A stretch of DNA of 36,047 nt, from NCBI GenBank assembly GCA_900617105.1, contig UYFQ01000854.1, positions 1 through 36,047 of the forward strand, given 5' to 3'. This document shows, one piece after another, positions 1-10,785 of this stretch; the stretch's first letter is position 1; every line of letters begins with the position of its first letter. The notes under the pieces are model-generated. The model made no database searches and had not been told where the DNA came from. It saw only the letters and a list, made by a program, of their open reading frames with translations. The position numbers were made by a program, and so were the translations under genes. The stretch comes from Hydrurus foetidus. Its lineage: Eukaryota.

Positions 1-20
1 TTTAAACGACCTCTTCTTCA

Positions 21-3000
21 TTGTCTTCCTCTTCTTCTTCCTCTTCGTCAAAACCTGCTACATCAACAGCAGACTCGACAAACGCTGCGAAGAAACACAA
101 AGGTGAGCAACTATGCAACCTAAATTCATCATCTATTCTTTCCGATGATCCAGAACTTATTCCTTTCTTCGTATCTCCCCTCTCACAGGAGGTTATGCTG
201 GAAAAAAGTAATAGAGTCTTTACTCTCCTGGACACCGGCTCTTTTGCTGGCAACTTTATACATCGCCGCATTATAACTAATCATAATTTCACACAATTCG
301 TTTCTAACTCTTCAAAGAAATTGTGTAAAGTTTGTAGTGGATTAGATAATCATTGTTATGATATTTCTGACACTATAGACTTAACTCTTTCTTATTTTTG
401 CCCTGATTTAAATAATTATTATACTTTTCAAATCACGGCTTATGTTTTAAACGATTCGAAATTTGATCTAATAGTGGGACGAAAAGCAATTCGCGAATTG
501 AATTTATTTTCACGTTTCCCCGATCAAATATCTGCCAATGCTTCATCAAGCACTACCTCATTAGCGGAAGTTTTATCTTCTGAACAAGTGGATATAACGT
601 GTGGCTGTCAGCCTAAGGAGAAGTTGCAACCCTCTGATGGCTCCCCAAAGGTCGATCCTTTAACCCAAAAGGTGAAACCGGCAGTAACCCAAACACACGT
701 TATTCTAGCTTCACTAATACAAGAGTCTGAAAGACTTTTTGAGGCTGTGCCCCCTGATGAGGACGAAATCGACGACTCGATCAAGGACTCGTTTTCACCT
801 TGGATAGATGAATTTCCTGATACTGACCCACTCTCGCTAATAAACTTAGCAGGTGATGAAGATCAGAAAAATAAACTTCGGTTACTAGTACACGAATTCA
901 AGGATATATTTAGCAGTGAACTTTCGGCCACTCCTGCTGATATTCCACCCTTTGACTTTCATGTCAATGACGACCAATGGAGAGTTCCTAAAAATAGACA
1001 ACCTCCATGGGCTAAATCAACAGTTGATCAAGCTGACATTCTCAGTCAAATTAAAAAACTTGAAAAACAAAATATTGTTGAAAAATCAAACGCGGCTTAT
1101 TATAGCCAAGTTTTACTAGTTCCAAAATCTGATGGAACTAAGCGCATGTGTATTGATTTTCGGAATCTCAACAATTGTACCGAAGATAAATCACATCCTA
1201 TTCCACACATCGGTGAGATGTTGCGTAGAATAGGTGCACATAAAGCAAAAGTGTTTGCTGTACTTGACCTCACTCAAGGTTACCATCAAGCACCACTTAC
1301 ACTTGCTGCACGTGCTTATACTGCATTCATACTTTTCTGCGGAGTATATCAATTCACTCGTTTACCCTTTGGGCCTAAACAAGCACCCTCCTATTTCCAA
1401 CAGATCATGACGACTGTTGTGTTAGCAGGGCTGATATACTCTATATGCGAAATGTACATAGATGATTGCAATGTTTTCGGTAAAGACATTGACGAACTTA
1501 TTTCTAGACTTCGTCTTGTGTTTGATCGATTTAGAAAACACAAAATATTCCTTAAACCGAATAAGTGTTATCTAGGCTATGCCGAAATAGATTATGTTGG
1601 CAAAGTTCTATCTGCAGATGGACTTAGAATGTCACAAGAAAAAATACGGACTGTCTTAGATTTTCCTAAACCAGTACTATCTAAACAACTCAAGAGTTTT
1701 TTAGGATTGGTTAATTATTTTCACGACTTTGTTAGAAACGCTTCTACTGTTGTATACCCGTTACATCAGTTGCTTCTTAACTATAATAAGTATAAGAAAA
1801 TAACTTGGACAATAGAAGCTCTCAGAGCATTCAATTTGATCAAATCCGAGATTTCAAAATGCACGACTATGCACTTTTTAAGTGACACCGATCCGATTTA
1901 CTTGCACACTGATGCATCGGACTATGGTGTAGGTGCCTATCTTTTCCAGCTAGTTGACGGTCAAGAAACGCCCATAGCATTTGTCAGTAAATCACTTAAC
2001 AAAGCTCAGCTTCGTTGGGCTGTTATACAAAAAGAAGCATATGCTATCTTTTATTCGTGCACGTATTTAAAATCGCTATTACGTGATCGTACGTTCACAT
2101 TGCGTACAGATCATCGTAACTTGTTATACATCAAGGATAATTCAAATCCAATGATTGTTCGGTGGTTTATGGCCTTATCCGAATATTCATTTAAAATTGA
2201 ATATATACCTGGTGCTAACAATGATATAGCTGATTCGATGTCTCGACTCTGTCGCAATAACATGGTTGATTTCCCTCAGGAATATACTCCTGATGCAATC
2301 ATGTCTGCTAATACTATTGAAAAATTCAAACTAACACGTGATCAGTACAATACAATCAGTAAAGTACACAATTCACAAGTTGGGCATTTCGGCCTTGAGC
2401 GCACTCTAAAGCGTCTCATTGACAAAAAGATAGTATGGCAATATATGCGTCAGCATGTCAGGTGGTTCATAGATCACTGTTCGTGTTGTCAGAAAATGAG
2501 TATGTTAAAGATACCAATACATGCTCATGGTTTCTCGACTTCTACTTACACACCTATGGAATGCCTTAACATAGACTTCATAGGACCGTTTCCAGACGGC
2601 GGGTACGTACTCGTAATTATCGATACGTTCACAAGATGGGTTGAACTGTTTCATACAGAAGATGCTACAGCACTTTCAACAGCTAAATGCCTCTTGCAAC
2701 ATTTCGGTCGTTTCGGCGCACCTCTCCAACTCCGTTCTGATAATGGGCCACACTTCATTTCCGAAGTTATTAGAGAGTTTCTAACTCTTATTGGCACTCA
2801 ACATTGTCTTACTTTAGCATACTCTAAAGAAGAAAATGCTATTGTTGAGCGCATGAATAAAGAAGTTAATAGACATCTTCGTGCATTAACATTCGATAAT
2901 GTCACACTAGAAGATTATAAAACGTCACTTCCATTTGTGCAACGAATTTTAAATTCTAATCACAGTGATCGTTTAAAAATATCATCTTCTCAACTTCTTT

Positions 3001-3626
3001 TCGGAAATGTACTAAAACTCGATAGAGGTATCTTTTTACCTCCTGCTGAGCGAAATGTTACTGATGACAAACCTTTGTCAAAGCGTATGAGCAATCTACT
3101 CAAAACGCAAGACAGTCTTCTTAAAGCTTCTGCTAAAGAACTTCTTCGCACAGATTTGCTTCATCAAAGTCAGTCTCAAATTTTTCAGCATGTAGAGTAT
3201 CCAAAAGACTCTTATGTCTTAGTGCACTATCGCGATGGATCCCCTCCTTCACGTCTTCACACGCATTGGAGAGGTCCATTAAAAGTCGTTAGTGGCGAAA
3301 ATTCGCGTTACACACTTTATGATCTAGTCACTCAGAAAACTTCAGAGTTTCATGTTTCTGCAATGAAACCTTTTCTATTTGACCCTTCAATCACAAATCC
3401 GTTAGATGTTGCACGACGTGATCACATGGAATACTTTGTTGAAGATATTCTTGATCATCGTGGCAAACACCAACGTACCCACATAGAGTTTTTAGTCAAA
3501 TGGTTAAATTACCCTTCAGACAAAAACACTTGGGAACCTTATTCAAGTCTTCGTGATGTTGATAAACTTCATGATTATTTACGTCATAATAACATGACTA
3601 AATTAATCAATAAGCAACATCGATGA
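21..3626 (+). CDS. pol: Pol polyprotein, 5'-partial (aspartic protease, reverse transcriptase, RNase H, integrase, chromodomain)
   Basis: LLDTGS protease motif; RMCIDFRNLN, LPFG and YIDD RT motifs; HTDASDYGVGA RNase H; H..GHFG..CSCC zinc finger and D-D-E integrase (NIDFIGP, SDNGPHF, VERMN); WRGP module; chromodomain YFVEDILDHR..FLVKWLNY...NTWEP. The frame is open from position 6, so the TTG at 21 is not a real start. Confidence 0.96.
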   Translation: MSSSSSSSSSKPATSTADSTNAAKKHKGEQLCNLNSSSILSDDPELIPFFVSPLSQEVMLEKSNRVFTLLDTGSFAGNFIHRRIITNHNFTQFVSNSSKKLCKVCSGLDNHCYDISDTIDLTLSYFCPDLNNYYTFQITAYVLNDSKFDLIVGRKAIRELNLFSRFPDQISANASSSTTSLAEVLSSEQVDITCGCQPKEKLQPSDGSPKVDPLTQKVKPAVTQTHVILASLIQESERLFEAVPPDEDEIDDSIKDSFSPWIDEFPDTDPLSLINLAGDEDQKNKLRLLVHEFKDIFSSELSATPADIPPFDFHVNDDQWRVPKNRQPPWAKSTVDQADILSQIKKLEKQNIVEKSNAAYYSQVLLVPKSDGTKRMCIDFRNLNNCTEDKSHPIPHIGEMLRRIGAHKAKVFAVLDLTQGYHQAPLTLAARAYTAFILFCGVYQFTRLPFGPKQAPSYFQQIMTTVVLAGLIYSICEMYIDDCNVFGKDIDELISRLRLVFDRFRKHKIFLKPNKCYLGYAEIDYVGKVLSADGLRMSQEKIRTVLDFPKPVLSKQLKSFLGLVNYFHDFVRNASTVVYPLHQLLLNYNKYKKITWTIEALRAFNLIKSEISKCTTMHFLSDTDPIYLHTDASDYGVGAYLFQLVDGQETPIAFVSKSLNKAQLRWAVIQKEAYAIFYSCTYLKSLLRDRTFTLRTDHRNLLYIKDNSNPMIVRWFMALSEYSFKIEYIPGANNDIADSMSRLCRNNMVDFPQEYTPDAIMSANTIEKFKLTRDQYNTISKVHNSQVGHFGLERTLKRLIDKKIVWQYMRQHVRWFIDHCSCCQKMSMLKIPIHAHGFSTSTYTPMECLNIDFIGPFPDGGYVLVIIDTFTRWVELFHTEDATALSTAKCLLQHFGRFGAPLQLRSDNGPHFISEVIREFLTLIGTQHCLTLAYSKEENAIVERMNKEVNRHLRALTFDNVTLEDYKTSLPFVQRILNSNHSDRLKISSSQLLFGNVLKLDRGIFLPPAERNVTDDKPLSKRMSNLLKTQDSLLKASAKELLRTDLLHQSQSQIFQHVEYPKDSYVLVHYRDGSPPSRLHTHWRGPLKVVSGENSRYTLYDLVTQKTSEFHVSAMKPFLFDPSITNPLDVARRDHMEYFVEDILDHRGKHQRTHIEFLVKWLNYPSDKNTWEPYSSLRDVDKLHDYLRHNNMTKLINKQHR

Positions 3627-3790
3627 CTTAATATATTTGAAACTTTATCCATGAGGATTCTCTCCTATTTTTTTACCTACGGGTCTTTTTGGAGAGTTTA
3701 GTCAGTAAAAGTCTGACATAATCGTTTCATCTATATCTCATATACATGTTTTACATATCTCTTTTTCTGTATATCAAATCAAAGATCTTC

Positions 3791-3810
3791 AAAAAAGGAA
3801 GAAGGGGTAG
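3791..3810 (+). other. Polypurine tract (plus-strand primer) of copy A
   Basis: AAAAAAGGAAGAAGGGGTAG directly abutting the TGTAG start of the 3' LTR; identical in copy B. Confidence 0.9.
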
Positions 3811-4079
3811 TGTAGCCTTATTGCATTCCTAAGGGAATACAATGTGTCTAGGTTAACTAGGTACAATAGGTATATTACGCTCAGATTCCACTTTTAGGTC
3901 TTAGTTCCACATATGACGTGAATGCACTTAGCGTACACATCACTTGTATATACTCAACTGTAAGATACTAACACAAGTCTATTCCATCGACTCTCGACTT
4001 TGCCTTCGTTTGCCCACGCCTTCCGTCCTCCGCTTTCTCCAACTTCGCCTCTCGTCCTAGGCCCCGCCGTCAAACCACA
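3811..4079 (+). repeat. 3' LTR of copy A (269 bp)
   Basis: Starts TGTAGCC and ends ACCACA; homologous to 12072-12333 and 17550-17802. Confidence 0.93.
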
Positions 4080-4865
4080 CTAGCCGCAGCAGCTGTCGCA
4101 GAGGAGAAGTATCCAGAGATATACTCCGGCTTGAGTGACAGCGTCAGTGCAGCATTGCTGAAACGGAAGAAAGACATCGTGACGCCTCTGTGTCTGGCAG
4201 CCTGTATGGTGCACCCTAGACATGTCTACGTTTTAAACGATGTTCTCAAGTATGAACCGGAGGGAGGACGGGAAGCCATATCTTCGGTCATTGACCGTTA
4301 CTATCGAGGTTCTAATCAGAAACAAGTCGATGCCTTGATAGTATACCAGGACTTCAGATCGAAGGCCGGATATTTTGGTACTGAAAGAACAGCGTACATC
4401 GCACTCAACGAGACCTCCGATAATTTTTGGAAACTTGCAGCACACCTGCATCCAGTTGGGTCTGAACTTTTCCGGAAGCTTTGTAATGGATACGCAGGAC
4501 AAGGTGAGTCCGAGAGGATGAATAAGCAAGTCAAAAAGTTTCGGACAACAGTGAGAAATAAGCAGACGCATCCAGTTACAAGTGCTTACATGGAGTTGGA
4601 TACCATTTACAAAATGGAGAAAAGGTCGTCAGATTATGACAGAAAAGATAGTTACATGACATGTCTCCGCGAGAAAATAGCAGAAATAGAGGAAGTTCAT
4701 ATTGAGGAAGCGGAATTAGCAGCAGAGAACGATGAGAATAATGTTGGCTTGGAAAACAATGAAGAATACGAAGTTGAAGATGCGGAGTACGAAGCTGAAT
4801 TAGACGACCATGGAAGGAACGCGCTGTTGTTGCTTCTTCAAGCTGCTGCGCAAATTGCTGAGTGA
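4080..4865 (+). pseudogene. C-terminal part of a hAT-family transposase, interrupted by the LTR element
   Basis: Frame open from the first base after the LTR (LAAAAVAEEKYPE...). LAACMVHPR resembles the hAT A..LdP motif. FWK...P....LFRKL...AGQGESERMNK......VRNK resembles the hAT C-terminal dimerization region with the catalytic ER. Acidic tail. Confidence 0.75.
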
Positions 4866-5090
4866 ACTTCACGTACGCTAAATTCTGAATAAATTAATTA
4901 AACGATTTTGTTGTAACTGTCAGTCTGGCATTTTCATTTTTCAGATCCTTACATTGTACGTAAGTACTATACATGATCCATACCCATGTAAGATTCATTA
5001 CATGTACGTACGTACGTTCTCTCACCCACACGTACGTAAGTACTTCCTACACCTAGGGACCTATCTAGGTTTTTGAAAAAAAGCCCCCTA
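4080..5090 (+). mobile_element. Right-hand portion of a hAT-like DNA transposon
   Basis: Transposase tail, then subterminal repeats (GTACGTAAGTACT at 4956 and 5032, many TACGTA/CATGTA motifs) and a candidate terminus ...AAAAAAGCCCCCTA at 5090 (TAGGG-type TIR). The left end is outside the window, so the TIR pair and TSD cannot be confirmed. Confidence 0.6.
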
Positions 5091-5091
5091 T

Positions 5092-8000
5092 CTAGGGGAT
5101 AGGTAGGGCCCACAAAAGCCTAGCTCCTACGCAGTTAAAAACTGGTGATTGAGGTGTACTTAAAATTTCCGTTTTTTCTGTGAATTTAATCCCCCAGGGA
5201 AGTCGGCTTGAAGTTGATATATTTTCCATCGAATTTTTATAGTATGAACCTCCAGGATATATAGAATAAATAACTTTAAAAAGATAGTTATTCAATGGTG
5301 CTGATAAAGATCGAAATAAACCTTTTCTTTTTGGTATTGGCATATTGTATAATTGATTTATATACACTACAGCACCGTTTTCTTTGTTATATGGACATGC
5401 ATACGAGTAATCCAATAATTTGTATTTCTCTAATTTAGAGCATTCCGGTAACAAATTGTTCTACCATTTCTGTACATTTGCAGTATTAATATCATCAGAA
5501 TTAGTAGAACACTCCCCATAGACAATTATAGGCCTTGTCGGATATTGAATAGTCGACTTTCCATTGTTTTTAATAGCCTGTACAATAGCTGATTCAATTG
5601 ACACGGACTGGGAGTTATATTTCTCATGATAGTAATGTCCATTTTCTCCCTCACTTTCGTTCTCATTTTCTTCATCCCTTTCATTTTTATTGCTCACCTG
5701 TTGTTTTTTCTGCTTTTTTTGTCTTATTTGATGTAACACATGCGTCTCAAACACCCTAACCGCTTGACACGCAATACCAATCGCACCTACCGGCTCGCAC
5801 TGACTGTTGTCATAGTCAGACAGCGAATAACGAGAATTAGAAAGTGCTTCATCTCTCATAGAAACATTATTCAACGACACAGAAAGAACATTCTTATCAG
5901 TAATAGACTTCAACGGAATGTTCTTCATATCATTCGGAACGATTCGAATATGAACCAAGACGGACGCACACGGTATCTTCAAAAATCCTAACCGTGTAAG
6001 TACGGTGTCGTTGTATTTCGTACCTTCCTCTTGAAGAGGCAAAGACCCTAAGGGGATGAAGAGAGGTGGATCCAGGACCGGTGATTCCAGACATGTTAGA
6101 ATTATGAAATGGTATTAATTATTAGTCTGTTCTTTACACTTGTATAGCACAATATAGCGTAGTCAAACGGTACTTGTCTTACAGCAGACGGTATTACAAA
6201 CAATGAAGACAAAATACAAATTGCAAATTAGCAAAAAGAAGGGGTTTTCGTTTTTTCGTTTTTTCGTTTTTTCACAGAAATTCTTACCTGCAAATAATGG
6301 TAATTCGAACATTCCGATGTTTACGCAACAGCCGGGGCTACCGCTGACAATCGGCTGGGATCCGCTCTGAGTAAGAGTATGAAAATAAGTATGAGAACGC
6401 ACATGGGTATAAGATCAAGGCTCCTCGTTTATTGCTGATCCACGTTTAATCCGGACCCACCCCTGTAAACGACAATCCACACACGCTAATTGTACCGTAC
6501 AAAACAGTGTCAATGCATATCTTTTCCGAAGCACGTACATCACGGTGTCGTACTTACAGGCATAGCAAAGAGCTTGACCACAGCACACCCCACCACACAG
6601 GGCAGCAGTGACGTACTGTCAATGGTGTCGATGCGTACGTGTGCAGTAGCCGTTTCGTCCGTTATGTTCTGACCCGTCACAGTGCTGTGCGTTCCATCCG
6701 GTACGGACTGTAAGCGTTGTTTAGCAATTCAAAGGAGTGGTGAGGTAACGGTAGGTGATGCAAGGTGAAGAGAGGCTGTATGAGGGAAAGAATAGAGTTG
6801 TGAAAGCAAGGTAAGGCAAGGTAAGATACGATAAAATAGGGTTGGGTTGAGGTGAGCTTAGGAAATATGAGATGCAAAAAGGTTCAAAAATAGATGACGC
6901 TGACATCAAAAATTTAATTTTTTTCAACTTGTAATTCTTGAGAAGGAATGGTCGACTAATTGTAAAGCATACGCACGCTGCATTCTGTCAGTCCGTACCT
7001 GATCTCTGCCTTCGTTACTGTCACCCAATGCACACAGCAACTTGAAGTTGAAGTTGGGACTTCTGTTGCAAGATGCAGCCTTTGCATTGCAGGAGTAATA
7101 ATCCTTTTCTTGAAACACTTCGTTTTTAGACGCAAATGATTTCATAATTTTCACTGATACCCTAGCCAAAGGGAAAGGACAATTTGACTAAATAATTCAT
7201 TGTAGAAATTGTCGAAGTAGAATGGATAAAAGATGATGAACAAAGGGAACAGATAGAAGTACGGCTGAGAGACTGATATAAATGGAAATGAAGTGGAGAT
7301 AGAGGAAAAGAGAGGGAAGAAGCAAAAGTACTTTTTGCATGTAAAATCAGCCAGCGTATCAGTCAGCGTATCTGCAGGTCAGTCCATCAATTAGTGTGTC
7401 AGTCAGTCAGTCAGAGAGAGAGCAACAGCGGAACTGTACCTGGACACTGTACAATTTTCAGGCAAATTAATCGCCTTAACAATTTCAATCTCCAGACTCT
7501 CATTCCTATTGGGAAAATACGGATCGGTCGGAACGGTTTTGGGGCCCTGCTTCCAGGCCTCAAAAGGCATAGATACTGCTCGATTAAACGGAAATAATGG
7601 GTTCGCGCTTTTTGCTCTAGAAATTGAACGGACCGAGACCCTAGATTCCACTTCAGAATCCAAGTCAATTTTTAAATTATTTTCACTGCGCGATAAAAGT
7701 CGTCTTTTAAATGATGACGTACTTCTGGATGACGATTGAAGTATTGAATTATCTCTGTCGGAATTCTGAGATTTTATTTCAAGTGGAGTGACTGTTGTGC
7801 TCCAGAATATTTTCTCTGACGAATTTGAAGTCTCTTCAGTTTCACCGATTTTCTTCATTTTCTCGAAGTCACTTATACGTGCAGATGTTTGATTGTTGAA
7901 GTCAAGTACGTCACTACGTACATTCGTACGTGCAGAATCTACAGATCCAGAGTCCACTGATTTATTCAAATATTGTTCACGTTCTTCACTCTTCTTACGT

Positions 8001-10785
8001 GTAGATGCCGCACTAAATTCAGGGGGGGCGTCCTGGGGTATCGGAATCAAAGATCCAGGATCCATAAAAATTAGTTGACTTTTATTTTGGCTTCCACTAC
8101 GTACTTTCATTTCTTTTTCTACATTTTCCCTCCTATCTGCCAAATTCAAGATTTCACCATCATCACCTATATTATCTTTCGCTCCAAGTTTGCCGCTAAT
8201 TTCAGTCTGAAAGGAATGAGATCTTAGACCTGCAGATTCCTGATTTTGTTCTGACAAATTAGATAAATGTACCCTCGCCAATTTTGCTTTTTTGTCTTCA
8301 CCGTTTTTCTTTCTTTCTGCATTCATCCTGTCCTCTATAGATTGCTGTCTTATTTCTCTTTCAGATTTTTCATTCTCGTCCTCTCTCTTCTCTACTGCTT
8401 CAATGTCATCTGTATAATCCTGATTTGCAGGTATCACATCTTTTCTTTCATTATTCGTGTTTTTCTCTCCGTGCTGTTCTCTTCGGTGTAATAAGCGTTT
8501 TTCAATTTATCCCTTCGTCTCTGAAATCCGGTACACGGCTGCTGAACTGAGATCGGAAGGTCCCGTAGAATTCGGTTAGATAATGTAATGAGAGATATTT
8601 TGGTAGGAATGTCTGCATTATCAGTGCGATCGTCATCACCTTCATCTGATATTTCACTACGTCTGTTTTTCTTTCTGATGTTATTGGTGTTGATGTCGTC
8701 CTCTCCAATTTTCTTTTCAATATTTTTTCCAAGGTTTTCCTCACGCTTCGAATTCGTTTCCTGGTCCGCTTCACCAATGCTATCTTCCATAATATCAATA
8801 TGGTTATTGAGATTTATCACGCCAACAGGACGACTGTTATCATCGTAATAATTATCATACCGATTCTTACTTTTATTTTTAATTTTAATTTTAGTTTGAT
8901 CTCCATTTGTTCGATTTGAACTTTTCTTGAATTTCATATCATCTATAACTATTTCACTATTTTCATTTTCTAAGTAGAATATACTTGGTGTGCTTTCAGG
9001 CATATTATCTTTCACAAATTGGCGAAAAAGATTTTTCTCCTTTACAGCCAATTGATGCGATTGTATTTCCAATAATTGTTCTTTTTATTTTTTTAAGAAT
9101 ATTTGCTGTCGAGAATCCTCCCGCTTTTTAAGTTTTCGTTCGATTAATACCTCTTTAAATTCTTCCAGTGCATTAAGTTGTTTCAATCTCTCCATCTCAT
9201 GTCGCATGCTTAGTATATCTCTTTCATGCGCCAGATCCATTGCCGCTATAAGAGATTCTCGTGTCATGTTCGGATCGGATACTGAACATCCGATAGTATT
9301 TCCACTTTTGTTTCTACCAACTAAATCAATTTTATTTCGACCCATATCAGCACTAATATTGCTATTTCTGTAAATACCACTATTTTCTGTAATGGGAGAT
9401 TGAGGTGCGTCATAGTCCGGTGTGTTCGATTCCGTTCTGCTGCGGAATGTTCTGAGTTTGTCAGTAATCGACATATTTTCCTTTTCTAACAAATCCGTTT
9501 CTCTCTGCATAACTGCCATTAGATACTGTTTTCTTCGCTTTTCAATGAACAGTTTTTCTCTCTGATTCTGCATATCCTCGTCATCATAAAATGTGCTCAT
9601 TGTAGGAGTTAATGAAGGAGTGTAGTAGACTGATGATGAAGAAGTAGGAACTGACGATTTAGGGTATTGATCAGAGGGAAGCATTGTCGGATATAGAGAG
9701 CGAGATCCTCCCATAGAAATCTGGCCTTTTGGGGTGACTGCCGATGCCGTACAAGGAACGTACTGGGATATAAACTGGGCAGGAGGCGATGCTGCGTTGT
9801 GAGGTAGAGGTTGTTGAACTGCTGGCTGGTGCTCCGAGTCATAGGAATATAAGCCATGATGAGCATAGGGCACGTTGTCTGTCGATAGAGAGTCACGCTT
9901 TTTTCTATCGCTTTGTGAGAAAGATGGTTCGTATACTCCCGTCAAGCTGCTCGTCAAAACTTTCAAATTGTCAAAATTATCATTCCTTGTCCTGTCCATC
10001 TCCCTTCCTCGCAAATGCACTAGTGCATTCCGTTCTTCTTCATCATTTCCGAGTATTCCGTTATTTTTATAGCTTCCACTGAGAACATCGTATATCTGTT
10101 GTGGTTCCCCTTCCTTCGTTGTTCTGGATCGGTAATTACTTTCTCGAACTTTTCTCGTCCGGACATCCTTATCGCTTCCATGATCGGTACTTATATTCAT
10201 GGATCCCCTCCTGCCATCGATATCTTGTTCTTCGACGTAGATTTCTCTTCCGTTGCTAGCAGCATTCTTCCCTTTTCTCCATTCCTCTTCTCTGACATTT
10301 GCTTCGAGGTATCCTACAGGCCGTTTCAAGCGATCTAATTGATTCACCACACTGGCAGCACATTGATCGATCTCATAATCTGTATTTGGCAATCTTCTGT
10401 AGAATTCAGGACTTGCATGGTTTGTCGGGCTAGAATTTAATGACGAAGAATAGTGTTCATTTTGTCGATCAGCACCATATTGCATTTTTCCGTTCCAATA
10501 TATGTTACCAGCACTCCGATGGCTGCTGTAACTACTCCGATCACCGCAGTTATGACTGCCATCATTACGTGAATTGCGATTGTCCATAAGCTTTAGATAA
10601 GACTCCGTAGTTCGGTTTGACTGGCTGATTTTTCTCATATTTCTGGGGACATCATTAAAGGAGAATGGAGTATCTCCATTGTGAACTGCCGAATCTGAGG
10701 TCAAATTTTGCACCTCCTTCCTCACTATGAATCTTAGCTCTTCAAGCCGATCCGTGGAGGAGTCGACACTATGCCCAGTTGTCCA
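5092..10785 (-). pseudogene. CCDC17-like coiled-coil/C2-like domain protein gene, disrupted
   Basis: Phase-consistent GT-AG exons: about 10785-7440, 7161-6999, 6668-6558, 6366-6288, 6047-about 5131/5092. They splice to LEIEIVKAINLPENCTVSR-VSVKIM..SPNFNFK..TATAHVRIDTID..PCVVGCAVVKLF..QP..VNIGMFELPL..KIPCASVLVHIR..YDNSQCEP..PYNKENG..VIYSIYPGGSYY..SPVF, the motif series I recall for protist CCDC17-like proteins. In-frame TAA at 9085-9087, TAG at 5461-5463, frameshift near 8460-8470. Start codon not resolved. Confidence 0.65.
6410..6500. mobile_element. Half copy (one arm) of the MITE at 31663-31844, intronic
   Basis: TAAGATCAAG..ATTGCTGATCCAC.TTTAATC.GGACCCACCCCT..CGACAAT.CACACA..TGTACC matches the arm and adjacent interior of the 31.7-kb element. 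Confidence 0.75.

Larger units (their letters stand above)
1..4079 (+). mobile_element. Ty3/Gypsy chromovirus LTR retrotransposon, copy A (5' LTR and most of gag absent from window)
   Basis: pol with PR-RT-RH-IN-chromodomain order, then a polypurine tract and a TG...CA LTR. Near-identical to 13733-17802 from about position 7 onward. Confidence 0.96.

Noticed and set aside
5461..9087. Alternative genetic code (TAA/TAG = Gln) to explain the two in-frame stops
   Set aside because: Thousands of other codons in host exons use CAA/CAG with no internal TAR, the sedolisin ends at TAA, and the same gene also has a frameshift. Pseudogenisation or assembly error is simpler.
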